Both the position numbers and the translations under genes were made by a program. Positions 38,110 through 48,299 of a stretch of 64,000 nt of DNA are shown in pieces. The DNA comes from Candidatus Heimdallarchaeota archaeon (GTDB taxonomy: Archaea; Asgardarchaeota; Heimdallarchaeia; Heimdallarchaeales; Heimdallarchaeaceae), in the NCBI GenBank assembly GCA_019057815.1, contig JAHLWR010000012.1:60273-124272 (forward strand), read 5' to 3'. Each line of letters begins with the position of its first letter. Position 1 is the stretch's first letter. Below the pieces are notes generated by a model. That model saw only the letters and a program-made list of their open reading frames with translations, was not told the DNA's origin and made no database searches.

Positions 38110-40128
38110 TTATCTCCTCTTTTTGATAAATACTGCTGAAGCTACGCCAAAGGCTGAAAGAAGAATAGTCAAACCAGGGAGGGATACAGTATTATCAGTC
38201 TCAGTATTTTCAGTGAAATCTGTATTAATAACACCTGCATCATCAAAACTACTTTCTTCTGCGTTTAGTACCCATTTCATATATGCAAATTCAGGCATAT
38301 TTAATTCGAATTCTAGAGTTATTCCTGTGTTCCTATTGATTTTAAAAGTTGCGTCCATGATTGTTTCGTATGTAACATCGTAATAATAATCATAATCGTA
38401 ATAAACCATATGCAAATCGAGTATTACGTAATCTCCATCATCTGAAATAGTATAGGATTCAATATCTTTCTCCATAATGACTCTAAGCTCAAGTATGTCA
38501 TAAATATCAAGTGTCGTTCCATTGTACATATCAATTGCTAAAGCGTTGATTAAATAGCCGAATAAACTATTTCCAGGACCTTCCATATCATCCCATGGTT
38601 GTAAGACATTATTGTAGTATAGGCTAACAAAACCAAAACCACGACTTCTTCCATAGATTTCCATTACTTCTGTAGGTATGACATCAACGAATTTGAACTT
38701 GAATATTCCACCAACAGTTATATTTTGTTCTCCTATTTCCATGTAACTTGATGGATCATCAAAAGTTAAATCTGTAACTTCCCATGAAAGAATAGTTGAA
38801 GAATCAAATGCTGAATGAAAGTCTATTGTATTGGAGATTGAAACACCAGTGTCATCGATATCTGAAGTCCAGATGTCTGTGCAAAGAGTAAACTCACCCA
38901 TATCTAAGACATTGACATATACTTCTTTGGCTATACCAGTGTTCATATTAATTGTATATGTTACATCCATTGACTTTTCTACTTCTGTCGATGCGTATTC
39001 ATCCCATTCTTGCCATTCAAAGTGAATTCCTAGATAACCATACACTCCAGCAATAAAGAAGGACGTGATTTCCATTTCGCTACCTTTCATTTCACGTATT
39101 TCGTGAACATCGACCATATCAAGAATAGTCCCATTATACAAAGTTAAACTTAGTGGGTTAATAACAGCTGATAAGACCAAACCAACAGGACTTTCAAGAT
39201 CATAGAAACTTACAGTTTCTTGATGAACTTTTAAATTCAAGAAACTTGGTTCTCCTTCCCCGTAAACTACTTTAGGATCTGTTGGAATTGAATCAACTAT
39301 TAGGAAGCCAATTTCACTACCTACGCCTACATAGAGGTCTGTTCCCAATTTAAGATAATCATCGTATAAAAGATCCATTGAAGTGAAGCTCCATCCTACA
39401 TAGGTATTAGGTGTTAAAGATGAATGCCATGCAAGAACATTATTTATAACAACACCTGCATCATCAATTGTTGATTCGAAGATATCTAATTCAAGATTGA
39501 ATTGAACTTCTCCAATAATTTCGAATGAAGCACTTTTAGCTATTGATGTTTCAACATTGTAAGTTATGATTGTTCGAACATGTTTCTCTTCTTCAATCAT
39601 GTAGAAATCGTCCCAGACTGTCAAGTTATATGTTATATCAGCAGTTACATAACCTACTTCTGGGCTATCTTCATATATATTTAAGTCCAGAACTTCTGTT
39701 CTATTTTCATTCATGTGTAGCATTCCAATTATATCAAGAACAGTCGCATCTTCAAGTACCCAGCTTGTAGGACCAAGAAGACTTTGAATCAATGGTCCAA
39801 GAAGCTCATTCACATCTTCAAATGAAACGCCCCATCCATTAACATCCAAATTAAGAAAACTTGGACCTCCTTCTCCATAAACTAAAGTTGCGTTAGTTTC
39901 AGGAATTTCGTCGATATAGAAGCCTATTGTGTCTCCACTTTCGATTTCTTCATATCCAATTTTATAGTGATCTCCCAGTCCAAACGAAGTTACTCTCCAA
40001 GCGATTCTCACATCTGGTACAATACTGCTGTGCCATGTTAGAGTGCCTGTAGGTCCATCGTCTGCAATAACAGGAAGAGCACCTGCCATTAGTAATATTG
40101 TTAGTAAACCTATAATTTTCTTTTTCAT
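38110..40128 (-). CDS. Surface protein with three tandem ~200-aa domains and an LPG-TM-KKRR anchor
   Basis: Repeats begin TWHSSI / AWHSSL / DFHSAF and end IDDAGV / IDDTGV / FDDAGV; signal peptide present. Confidence 0.8.
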   Translation of the reverse strand: MKKKIIGLLTILLMAGALPVIADDGPTGTLTWHSSIVPDVRIAWRVTSFGLGDHYKIGYEEIESGDTIGFYIDEIPETNATLVYGEGGPSFLNLDVNGWGVSFEDVNELLGPLIQSLLGPTSWVLEDATVLDIIGMLHMNENRTEVLDLNIYEDSPEVGYVTADITYNLTVWDDFYMIEEEKHVRTIITYNVETSIAKSASFEIIGEVQFNLELDIFESTIDDAGVVINNVLAWHSSLTPNTYVGWSFTSMDLLYDDYLKLGTDLYVGVGSEIGFLIVDSIPTDPKVVYGEGEPSFLNLKVHQETVSFYDLESPVGLVLSAVINPLSLTLYNGTILDMVDVHEIREMKGSEMEITSFFIAGVYGYLGIHFEWQEWDEYASTEVEKSMDVTYTINMNTGIAKEVYVNVLDMGEFTLCTDIWTSDIDDTGVSISNTIDFHSAFDSSTILSWEVTDLTFDDPSSYMEIGEQNITVGGIFKFKFVDVIPTEVMEIYGRSRGFGFVSLYYNNVLQPWDDMEGPGNSLFGYLINALAIDMYNGTTLDIYDILELRVIMEKDIESYTISDDGDYVILDLHMVYYDYDYYYDVTYETIMDATFKINRNTGITLEFELNMPEFAYMKWVLNAEESSFDDAGVINTDFTENTETDNTVSLPGLTILLSAFGVASAVFIKKRR

Positions 40129-40279
40129 ATTTGAATCCCCTTTAAGAATTACTATCTAATATTCTTGACATTTAATTAAATAAAGATTCTTATTCTACTA
40201 GCGACAAAAAAGTGTCAAATAAACCAAAAAGAAAACTAAGATTAATTAAGAAATTTTACTACAATATAGGAAGAAGGTT

Positions 40280-40834
40280 TTATCTCTTGAATTCATCAAC
40301 ATAAGCGTATTCTTCGAATGGTTTTCTTGTTGATCGAATCTTCTCTGTTTCTTGATGTTTTTCACTTAGTTTTGAGAAATCTTCACTATGTTTACCTACA
40401 GCAATAAGAGAAATTAAATTCATGTCTTCTGGTATTTTTAAAGCTTTTTTTGCTAGTTCTGAGTTGAAACCTGCCATAGCATGAGCGACTAAACCTTTTT
40501 CGACAATTGCTAACATCAGCTGAGCAGTTGCCATTCCAGTATCGAACAAATAATATTCTCTATTACCAACAACGCAATCAAGTTCCTTTTTGCTTGAAAC
40601 GGCTATTAACATTGACGCATCTTTTGCCCAATAATTCCCGCTAACTAAAGTTTCATGTAATTTAGACAAAGCTTCTTTGCCTTTTACAAAGACAAATCTC
40701 CATGGTTGCTTATTTGCACAAGAAGCAGCTCTTACAGCTGTTGCTGCTACTTCTTTAATCATTTTATCAGTTATTTCAATGGGTTCAAACGCTCTTAAAG
40801 CTCTTCGTTTGTTAATTGCGTCTTTTAGTTCCAT
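40280..40834 (-). CDS. Nitroreductase family protein
   Basis: KRRALRAF, AASCANKQPWRF, DTGMA, IAVG. Confidence 0.9.
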   Translation of the reverse strand: MELKDAINKRRALRAFEPIEITDKMIKEVAATAVRAASCANKQPWRFVFVKGKEALSKLHETLVSGNYWAKDASMLIAVSSKKELDCVVGNREYYLFDTGMATAQLMLAIVEKGLVAHAMAGFNSELAKKALKIPEDMNLISLIAVGKHSEDFSKLSEKHQETEKIRSTRKPFEEYAYVDEFKR

Positions 40835-40854
40835 TTTTCTATCTCCTTCTTTTT

Positions 40855-41310
40855 TTAATTCAAGGTCAACATAACTTCGTCGACATGACCTCTTACTTTC
40901 ACTTTTTTCCAGATTTTATGGATTTTAGCTTCAGGATTGATCAAGAATGTGTTCCTTTGAGTACCAAAATATTCTTTACCGTAAAGCTTCTTTTTTATCC
41001 AAGAATCATACTTCTCCATTATCTTGTGTTCTGGATCGCTAAGTAAGGATATTTTTAGCTTGTGTTTAGAAATAAATTTAACATGACTATTGATAGAATC
41101 CTTGCTTACTCCAATAACAACAGCATCCTTCTCTATAAATTTATCAATGTTCTTTGTAAAGCCTTTAGCTTCTAGAGTACAGCCTGGAGTGTTATCTCTC
41201 GGATAAAAATATAATACAACCCATTGTCCCTTAAAATCTTTAAGACATACATCTTTTCCCTCTTGATTTGTTAAACAAAAATCTGGTGCAAAATCTCCTT
41301 CTTTTAACAT
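40855..41310 (-). CDS. bcp: Peroxiredoxin BCP/PrxQ
   Basis: APDF, VLYFYPRDNTPGCTLEA, GVSKD, LLSD. Confidence 0.92.
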   Translation of the reverse strand: MLKEGDFAPDFCLTNQEGKDVCLKDFKGQWVVLYFYPRDNTPGCTLEAKGFTKNIDKFIEKDAVVIGVSKDSINSHVKFISKHKLKISLLSDPEHKIMEKYDSWIKKKLYGKEYFGTQRNTFLINPEAKIHKIWKKVKVRGHVDEVMLTLN

Positions 41311-41334
41311 AATAATTCATCTCTTTATCAATAA

Positions 41335-41475
41335 TTAAATCTCCCTTCTCTTCTTTCTCTCTTTTCTGATAAAATCGTTTATTTCATCAAGTTTTCGTGG
41401 TAAGTATGAAAGATTGAATTCTTTGTTTTCATGGTTTTTAAGAACAAAAAGCTCGATTGTGTCTCCAATTCGCAC
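41335..41475 (-). CDS. Possible small basic protein (46 aa), below the ORF-track cutoff
   Basis: GTG start after GTGGT; translates MRIGDTIELFVLKNHENKEFNLSYLPRKLDEINDFIRKERKKRREI, co-oriented just upstream of bcp. Confidence 0.35.
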   Translation of the reverse strand: MRIGDTIELFVLKNHENKEFNLSYLPRKLDEINDFIRKERKKRREI

Positions 41476-41587
41476 ACTGACCACTATATTATCAAAGTTA
41501 GAATGGGTTTTAAATGTTGGTCTTAAGCAAAAATAATTTTGTTTACCAACAACAATATATATAAACAGTGCTTTATCTAATCATTAA

Positions 41588-42148
41588 ATGACTCTCAGTA
41601 CCAATCAAACTTTTAAAATTGTTCTTATAGGTGATGGTGCCGTTGGCAAAACAAGCTTAAGGAGAACATTTATGGGAAAGAGTTTTAGGGAGAATTACAT
41701 CATGACGATTGGTGCCGATTTCAGCATTAAAGAGTTAGATTTTGAAGGTTACCCAGTTAAACTTCAGATCTGGGATCTTGCTGGTCAACCACGTTTTTCC
41801 GATGTTCGAGGGGCATATTACATGGGTTGCTATGGAGCAATAGTTGCCTTTGACATTACCCGACCTAACTCTTTTTCAAATATAGATTACTGGATAAATG
41901 AACTCATAAAATATAATGATAATAAGCTAGTACCCATGGTTATTATTGGAAACAAATCTGATCTGAGGGAATCTTCACCACCGGAAATTCAAATTACTAA
42001 AATGGCAGCAGAAGCTTATGCTATGACATTATCTCAATGGGGAGGATTCAAAATATCTTACATTGAGACATCAGCAAAAACAGGGGAGAATGTGGAAAAA
42101 GCTTTTACAGATTTAATCAATTCGATTTATAGTTTATTAGGAGTTTAG
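41588..42148 (+). CDS. Rab-like small GTPase
   Basis: GDGAVGKT, TIG, WDLAGQ, GNKSD, ETSAK. Confidence 0.92.
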   Translation: MTLSTNQTFKIVLIGDGAVGKTSLRRTFMGKSFRENYIMTIGADFSIKELDFEGYPVKLQIWDLAGQPRFSDVRGAYYMGCYGAIVAFDITRPNSFSNIDYWINELIKYNDNKLVPMVIIGNKSDLRESSPPEIQITKMAAEAYAMTLSQWGGFKISYIETSAKTGENVEKAFTDLINSIYSLLGV

Positions 42149-42162
42149 AAAAACAGATCATT

Positions 42163-43020
42163 CTAGTACTGAGATAGTGAACCATCTATTCTTGCTTTTC
42201 TTGTAGCCCTAATAAACAGTAGTGTTCCTACTACTAGTAAAATAATGTTTATTCCTATAATAATCAGTATTTCTGTCATCAACGGAGATAACCCAAAAAC
42301 TCCTGTTGTAATAAGTTCTGTAGGTGTACCACTCAAGGAGCTTCTAGCAGCATCAACTATCCAACTGAAAGGCACTAATCTACTTATCCAGAGCATCCAT
42401 TGAGGAAATATCGCAAATGGGAAAAATACTGCAGAAAGAACCAAGAGTGAAAAATTAACAAGATTATTTATAGCATTAGCATTTTTGATTTTCATTACTA
42501 AAGCAGCATACAACAACCCAAAACCTATAGATTGGATCAATTCTAAAAAGAATACCAACATCCCTAACCCAAAATTATCGAGGGGAACAGGAACAAACAT
42601 TGCAAATCCAAGAACGATTAGTGTATTTATAGCAGCAAGGATAAGAAAACCTCCTATGCCGTTACAAATAATTACCCAGATTTTATTTGTAGCTGTCATC
42701 CAAACTGATTCTAATGTCCCAGTCAGTTGTTCTCGTCTAATATATCTTCCAACTGACCACATAGCTGAACTATAGAAAAAAAAGGCTACAATTCCCCATA
42801 CTCCTATTCCGATATATTCAACATTACCATTTGATCCTTCACCTGAAACAGCTATTGCAAAAAATATGAACCACATACCAACAAAAAGCGCTGTGAAAAT
42901 TTGACCAAAGAAATCCATAGGATATGCTATCTGAATTGTAAAAGCGAACTTAATCTGATTCCACAAGGTTTTGAAAGGAGCAATAATTGGGTTTTTCTTA
43001 ACAATTGCCATGTAATTCAC
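42163..43020 (-). CDS. ABC-2 type transporter permease
   Basis: REQLTGTLES, LSAVFFP, six TM helices. Confidence 0.85.
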   Translation of the reverse strand: MNYMAIVKKNPIIAPFKTLWNQIKFAFTIQIAYPMDFFGQIFTALFVGMWFIFFAIAVSGEGSNGNVEYIGIGVWGIVAFFFYSSAMWSVGRYIRREQLTGTLESVWMTATNKIWVIICNGIGGFLILAAINTLIVLGFAMFVPVPLDNFGLGMLVFFLELIQSIGFGLLYAALVMKIKNANAINNLVNFSLLVLSAVFFPFAIFPQWMLWISRLVPFSWIVDAARSSLSGTPTELITTGVFGLSPLMTEILIIIGINIILLVVGTLLFIRATRKARIDGSLSQY

Positions 43021-43950
43021 CTAATATTTACTTAATCCGTCTTTTCTTTTAATTCTCAATTCAACTTTGTTGAATATCATATAGCCAAATACAGCCCAAA
43101 ACACTCCAAAAGCTATAACTATTATCGTATCCCACAAAATAGGAAGGTTTAGACTTTCAAATCCAAGAGTCGTCAACATTGGGGGAGATCCCATAGTTAT
43201 GGCACGAATGTCACTTACACTCCAGGTCCCTGGAAACAAATACCCCATAATCTTTAAAGCTAAAGGTAGAGTTGTAAAGGGAGCATAAATTCCCATTATT
43301 ACCCCAAATAGCCACTGTAACGAATTAATAAATGAGTATACTTCTTTGAAACGTAAAACTAAAGCACCGATCGTGTAGGACATACCCATCATTGGTATAC
43401 ACCCAATTAGAACGATACCTACAACTGCAAGCAGATGGAAAAACTGTTGTGAAAATAGGAAACCTCGATCTAGTATTAGTAATGATAATATTGTTGATAG
43501 AAAGATTACAGTTAAGTTAAATAAAATAGAAAAAGCTGCTCTTCCTGCTAATATGGCATACCTTCTTGCTGGACTCATTAGTAATGATTCTAGTGTTCCT
43601 GCATATTGCTCATCTCTCAAGTACGTGCTGAAATCCCAGAGTACTGCAAGTATTAACATCCATAAATTAACACCTATGACGATGTAACCGTTCAAATATT
43701 GAACATTTCCACCTCCAAAGAAATTGTTGGAGATTGTTGCATCATCTACATCCAGAGCATTAAACATTAGAATTGGCAAGAGAGCAAGTATGAAAGGAAT
43801 AAAAATGAAAATTACTGTATTTGCAAGATATGATTTAGCTGTTATCCATTGCTGAGTAAAAACACCCTTCGCAGCTATAAAGTGATGTTTGATTGTCAGT
43901 TTTTGTGTAAACTCCTTAGTGTTAGATATATCTGTGTTCAAAATTCTCAC
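43021..43950 (-). CDS. ABC-2 type transporter permease
   Basis: DEQYAGTLESLLMSP, six TM helices. Confidence 0.85.
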   Translation of the reverse strand: MRILNTDISNTKEFTQKLTIKHHFIAAKGVFTQQWITAKSYLANTVIFIFIPFILALLPILMFNALDVDDATISNNFFGGGNVQYLNGYIVIGVNLWMLILAVLWDFSTYLRDEQYAGTLESLLMSPARRYAILAGRAAFSILFNLTVIFLSTILSLLILDRGFLFSQQFFHLLAVVGIVLIGCIPMMGMSYTIGALVLRFKEVYSFINSLQWLFGVIMGIYAPFTTLPLALKIMGYLFPGTWSVSDIRAITMGSPPMLTTLGFESLNLPILWDTIIVIAFGVFWAVFGYMIFNKVELRIKRKDGLSKY

Positions 43951-44987
43951 TTCTTTGAAGTGTCTTCTGAAAGTAATCTACCTGTTTCTTTCATAAAAAC
44001 GTCTTCTAGACTAGGCAATTCGGAATTTATGCTGTAAACAGGAATATCATGATTTTCAAAGATGTTTACTAGTTCTGTAAGATTAATATTTTTTTCACAA
44101 ACTAATTTTACGACAGCTCTACTTCCATTTCCATTATCGTTATTTCCACTTATTTTCTGATCATAAGCTAATTCATGAATAAAAGGTAGATCCTTCAATT
44201 CTTTATCCCAAGATAGATTAATATTCACTGAAGAAGGTATTTCGATACGTATACTTGCATTTTTACTTACCTTTTCTTTCAACGCATCAGGAGTGCTTAA
44301 ATCTATAATTTCTCCGAAATCTAGAATAGCTACACGATGAGAAAGCTCATCAGCTTCATTCATATTATGTGTAGTTAAGAATATTGTCGTCCCGTTTTCA
44401 TTTAACTCTTTGATTATCTGTCGTACTTCTCTTGCAGCTCGGGGATCAAGAGTGGCTGTGGGTTCGTCTAGAAAAATTAGAGGTGGATTATTAATAAGAG
44501 ATTTAGCAAAAGCTAGCTTGAATTTTTGTCCAGAAGAATAAGTTTCGACTTTCCTTCCCAAAAACTCTTCCAAATCAAGCTTACTGACAAGACCTTCTAT
44601 TCTGCTTTTAGCTTCTTTAGAGGGTATATGATAAAGTGAAGCGAAATATTCCAAATTCTGTTTTCCTGTTAGTTTCCAGTAAATTGATCTCTCTCCCATT
44701 AACATCGCATTAATGAAATGTCTTACCTTATTAGCATCTTTCTCAACATCATAACCTAAAACTTTAGCTCTTCCAGACGTTGGCAATAATAAGGTTGTCA
44801 AAATTTTGATAAGAGTTGTTTTTCCTGCTCCATTCGGTCCTAACAAACCAAATATCTCCCCCTCTTCAACATAAAAAGAGATATTCTTACAAGCATTTAT
44901 AGGGATTTTCTCCTTTTTGAACAATCCTTTACGTTTTTTACGAATATATATTTTTGAGACATCTTCTACTTCAATCACTTTTCTCAT
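43947..44987 (-). CDS. ABC-2/DrrA-like ATP-binding protein
   Basis: GPNGAGKTT, YSSGQK, LDEPT, TTH, SLEDVF. Confidence 0.92.
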   Translation of the reverse strand: MRKVIEVEDVSKIYIRKKRKGLFKKEKIPINACKNISFYVEEGEIFGLLGPNGAGKTTLIKILTTLLLPTSGRAKVLGYDVEKDANKVRHFINAMLMGERSIYWKLTGKQNLEYFASLYHIPSKEAKSRIEGLVSKLDLEEFLGRKVETYSSGQKFKLAFAKSLINNPPLIFLDEPTATLDPRAAREVRQIIKELNENGTTIFLTTHNMNEADELSHRVAILDFGEIIDLSTPDALKEKVSKNASIRIEIPSSVNINLSWDKELKDLPFIHELAYDQKISGNNDNGNGSRAVVKLVCEKNINLTELVNIFENHDIPVYSINSELPSLEDVFMKETGRLLSEDTSKK

Positions 44988-45257
44988 GTTCTTACTTCCA
45001 GATTATTGCATTTAAAAGTTTATAACCTCTTCTTATCTAATAATGCTATTATAATTTTCTCTTCTTTAATTAAAATCTATGTGTCAACACTTTATTTAAA
45101 CCTATATTAAACAAGTTAGTTGAATTATTTAACACAAAATATTATTTCTAAAACAGAAAAGATTATTATAAACAATAGAGAGAGAGATTGGTAATCTACA
45201 GTAGTGGAAAAATAATTAAAAGGAATTCAAAATATAAAAAGAAAAAAAAGGGAGTGT

Positions 45258-48200
45258 TTAAGAACGGCTCATTTTTGCTGCTTGTTTCTTAAACCATTCA
45301 GTTCTGAAACCATATCTTACTAATTCAATTAAGATACAAAGACCTATAGTGAAACTTAGTATGATTGCCCAATCTACAACCCTCAATGCAAAATAACCAA
45401 AAGATACAGCATGATGAAGCGTTTCACCATTCACTACATAACTGATTGAATCTGCAGGTTTGAAACCCGTAAATACTGCTTGGAATGCTGGTATATAGAC
45501 AGCGCTTAATAGTAATATCCAAGATAGTACTACAGCACCAATCAAGTATTTGTTTTTAAAGGGTCTAGATTTAAGTAAGGGCGTATCATTATCATTCCGT
45601 GCTATAAATACGAACCATAATTCAAACGAAAGCGTTGTTACAAAAGCTAGAGTCTGCGCATAAGAAACGCTTGCATGTATTATATATTCCTTATACAATT
45701 CAGGAGTATCTGTTGGATTTATTCCTTGAGCTATAGCCCAATCGTGGAAGATTTGTAAATTGGGTCCAATTTCTAAATATCCAATTATCCAAATGCATAC
45801 TGAAGCAATTAAAGCGACAAGACCAGCTACCACAGCAAATAGGTACATATCACGAACAAAGGAAGATTTTTTACCTCTCGGTGGTCTCTTCATTAATTCT
45901 GGATCATAAGGATCAAAGGATAAGGATAAAGCTGGAAGAGCGTCAGTTAACAAGTTGAGGAAGAGAATTTGTAAAGGTAAGAAAGGTAAATGACGGAAAG
46001 CAGCATAAATAATTAGAACAGCAAAAATCTCGTCAAAATTGCAACTTAGTAGATAACGGATGAATTTTTTCATGTTCTCGAAGATATTACGACCTTGTTC
46101 AACAGCTGTAACAATAGTGCTGAAAGCATCATCTGTAATAACCATGTCAGCAACTTCCTTGCTAACATCTGTTCCTGTGATTCCCATCGCCACACCGATA
46201 TCTGCTTTCTTAAGGGCTGGAGCATCATTGACACCGTCACCTGTAACTGCTACAATGTGATCTTTCTTTTGTAATATCTCTACTACTCTGAATTTATCTT
46301 TAGGACTCATTCTACTATAGACCTTTATTTTGTCTATTTTCTCAATAAGTTCTTCATCAGTCATTAAAGCGAAATCTTCACCACTTATAACGATATCTTG
46401 CTTACTTTTTGTAATTCCTATTTCGGATGCTACTGCCATAGCTGTTGCTTCTTGATCTCCTGTTATCATGACTGTTGTTATCCCAGCTCTTTCACACTCT
46501 ATTATAGCGTCTTTAACTTCTGGTCTTGCAGGATCAATCATTCCTGTTAATCCTAGGAAAATCATGTTATCCTCTATTTCGTCAACATTTTCTTTATCAT
46601 AATTCTCTGGTATTTCTCTATATGCTATTGCTAGAACTCTTAGAGCTCTTTCTGACATTTCGAGGTTAGCACTCATAATTTTTTGATCTAATTCTTTTGT
46701 AATCTTTGTTGTTTTCCCATTTTCCATTACTGTTTTGCAACGCATTATAACAACGGGAGGGCTTCCTTTCATGTAAGCTATTTTCTTACCATTGTCTAGA
46801 TGTATGGTTGTCATTCTTTTCCTATCAGAATCGAAGAAAATCTCATGATCTTGCGCTTTTAACATCTCTTTAGTATATCCTGCTTTTTCAGCTAAAACAA
46901 TTAAAGCAGCTTCTGTAGGGTCACCTTTAATGTCAATTTTGTCACCATTACGTAGAACACCAGCATTATTACAATGGTAAGAAGTTTCTATTAATTTATT
47001 CAATGTTTGGCTATCTTTCGGATTTATCTTCTTACCTTCCTGTGTGAAATCACCATCAAGGAGATATCCTGATCCTCCAACAGCTGTTTTACCATCCATA
47101 GTCCAGACTTCTTTAACAGTCATCTCATTGCGTGTAAGGGTACCAGTTTTGTCACTGCAAATATAATCTACTGAACCTAATGTTTCAACGGCTGGTAAAC
47201 GTGAGACTATAGTTTTCTGTTTAGCCATTTTTGAAACTCCGATTGCTAGAGTTATAACAATTGCAGCAGGTAATCCTTCAGGAACAGCTGAAATGGCTAA
47301 AGCAACTGCAGTTTCAAAGCTTTCTAGAACATTTTCTCCTAGTAAGACATCAACAGTCATTACAAGTGCACATACTACTAGAATAATTACACCTAGTACT
47401 TTTCCTAACTTATCTAGTGCTTGTTGAAGTGGTGTCAACTCGTCTTTAACTTGAGTTAATTCAGCAATTCTCCCCATTTCAGTGTTCATTCCTGTACCAA
47501 TGACAACTGCGTCTCCTCTACCATAAACACAAGTGGTTCCACTGAAAATCATATTCTTTCTATCATGAATTCTTGCTTCTGCGGGAACTAGCTCCAAACT
47601 TTTAGTTATTGAAGAAGATTCTCCTGTAAGTGGAGCTTCATCTACTTTGAAACTATTTACAGTTACGAGTCTGCAATCTGCTGGAATCTTATCTCCAACC
47701 TCTAGTTTGATATAATCTCCAGGTACTAGATCGCTTCCGTGAACAATTTGTTCTTGTCCTTCTCTCACTACAAGAACATCTTGCTCGAAATATTCTTTTA
47801 GTTTCTCTAAAGCCTGGTTAGATCTGTAATCTTGTACGAAGCCTATGATTGCATTTATTATAACTATAGTAAAAATTGCAATAGCATCAATAATCTCAGA
47901 TTGTCCTCCATGTCCACTTATGTCAAGTATTCCAAGCGTTAAACTTATTGCTCCTGCAACAATAAGAAGAATAACCAGAAAACTAGTAAACTGTGCATAT
48001 AACATTTTCAGTATTTTGAAACGATCAGTTATTGTAATCTTGTTAGGGCCATAGGTTAGTAGTCTACTGACTATTTCTTGTTCATTAAGTCCTTTGTCGC
48101 TTGTGCCCAGTTTCTGATAAACTTTTTTTATTTTGGTATTGTGCCAAGGAGTGATAATTTTTTCAGTTATCGGTTCTTTTTCTTTCTTTTTCTTGAACAT
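45258..48200 (-). CDS. P-type cation-transporting ATPase, type IIA (Ca2+-like)
   Basis: TGES, VPEGLP, DKTGTLT, MITGD, GDGVNDAP, NLLTD. Confidence 0.93.
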   Translation of the reverse strand: MFKKKKEKEPITEKIITPWHNTKIKKVYQKLGTSDKGLNEQEIVSRLLTYGPNKITITDRFKILKMLYAQFTSFLVILLIVAGAISLTLGILDISGHGGQSEIIDAIAIFTIVIINAIIGFVQDYRSNQALEKLKEYFEQDVLVVREGQEQIVHGSDLVPGDYIKLEVGDKIPADCRLVTVNSFKVDEAPLTGESSSITKSLELVPAEARIHDRKNMIFSGTTCVYGRGDAVVIGTGMNTEMGRIAELTQVKDELTPLQQALDKLGKVLGVIILVVCALVMTVDVLLGENVLESFETAVALAISAVPEGLPAAIVITLAIGVSKMAKQKTIVSRLPAVETLGSVDYICSDKTGTLTRNEMTVKEVWTMDGKTAVGGSGYLLDGDFTQEGKKINPKDSQTLNKLIETSYHCNNAGVLRNGDKIDIKGDPTEAALIVLAEKAGYTKEMLKAQDHEIFFDSDRKRMTTIHLDNGKKIAYMKGSPPVVIMRCKTVMENGKTTKITKELDQKIMSANLEMSERALRVLAIAYREIPENYDKENVDEIEDNMIFLGLTGMIDPARPEVKDAIIECERAGITTVMITGDQEATAMAVASEIGITKSKQDIVISGEDFALMTDEELIEKIDKIKVYSRMSPKDKFRVVEILQKKDHIVAVTGDGVNDAPALKKADIGVAMGITGTDVSKEVADMVITDDAFSTIVTAVEQGRNIFENMKKFIRYLLSCNFDEIFAVLIIYAAFRHLPFLPLQILFLNLLTDALPALSLSFDPYDPELMKRPPRGKKSSFVRDMYLFAVVAGLVALIASVCIWIIGYLEIGPNLQIFHDWAIAQGINPTDTPELYKEYIIHASVSYAQTLAFVTTLSFELWFVFIARNDNDTPLLKSRPFKNKYLIGAVVLSWILLLSAVYIPAFQAVFTGFKPADSISYVVNGETLHHAVSFGYFALRVVDWAIILSFTIGLCILIELVRYGFRTEWFKKQAAKMSRS

Positions 48201-48299
48201 TATTACACCAGATTATAAACTGCGTTTTTGGAATTTTTAATTACACCTTTTTATATCTTTCTAGAAGGCGTTACAAAATTAGATAATAAAAGATTAATT

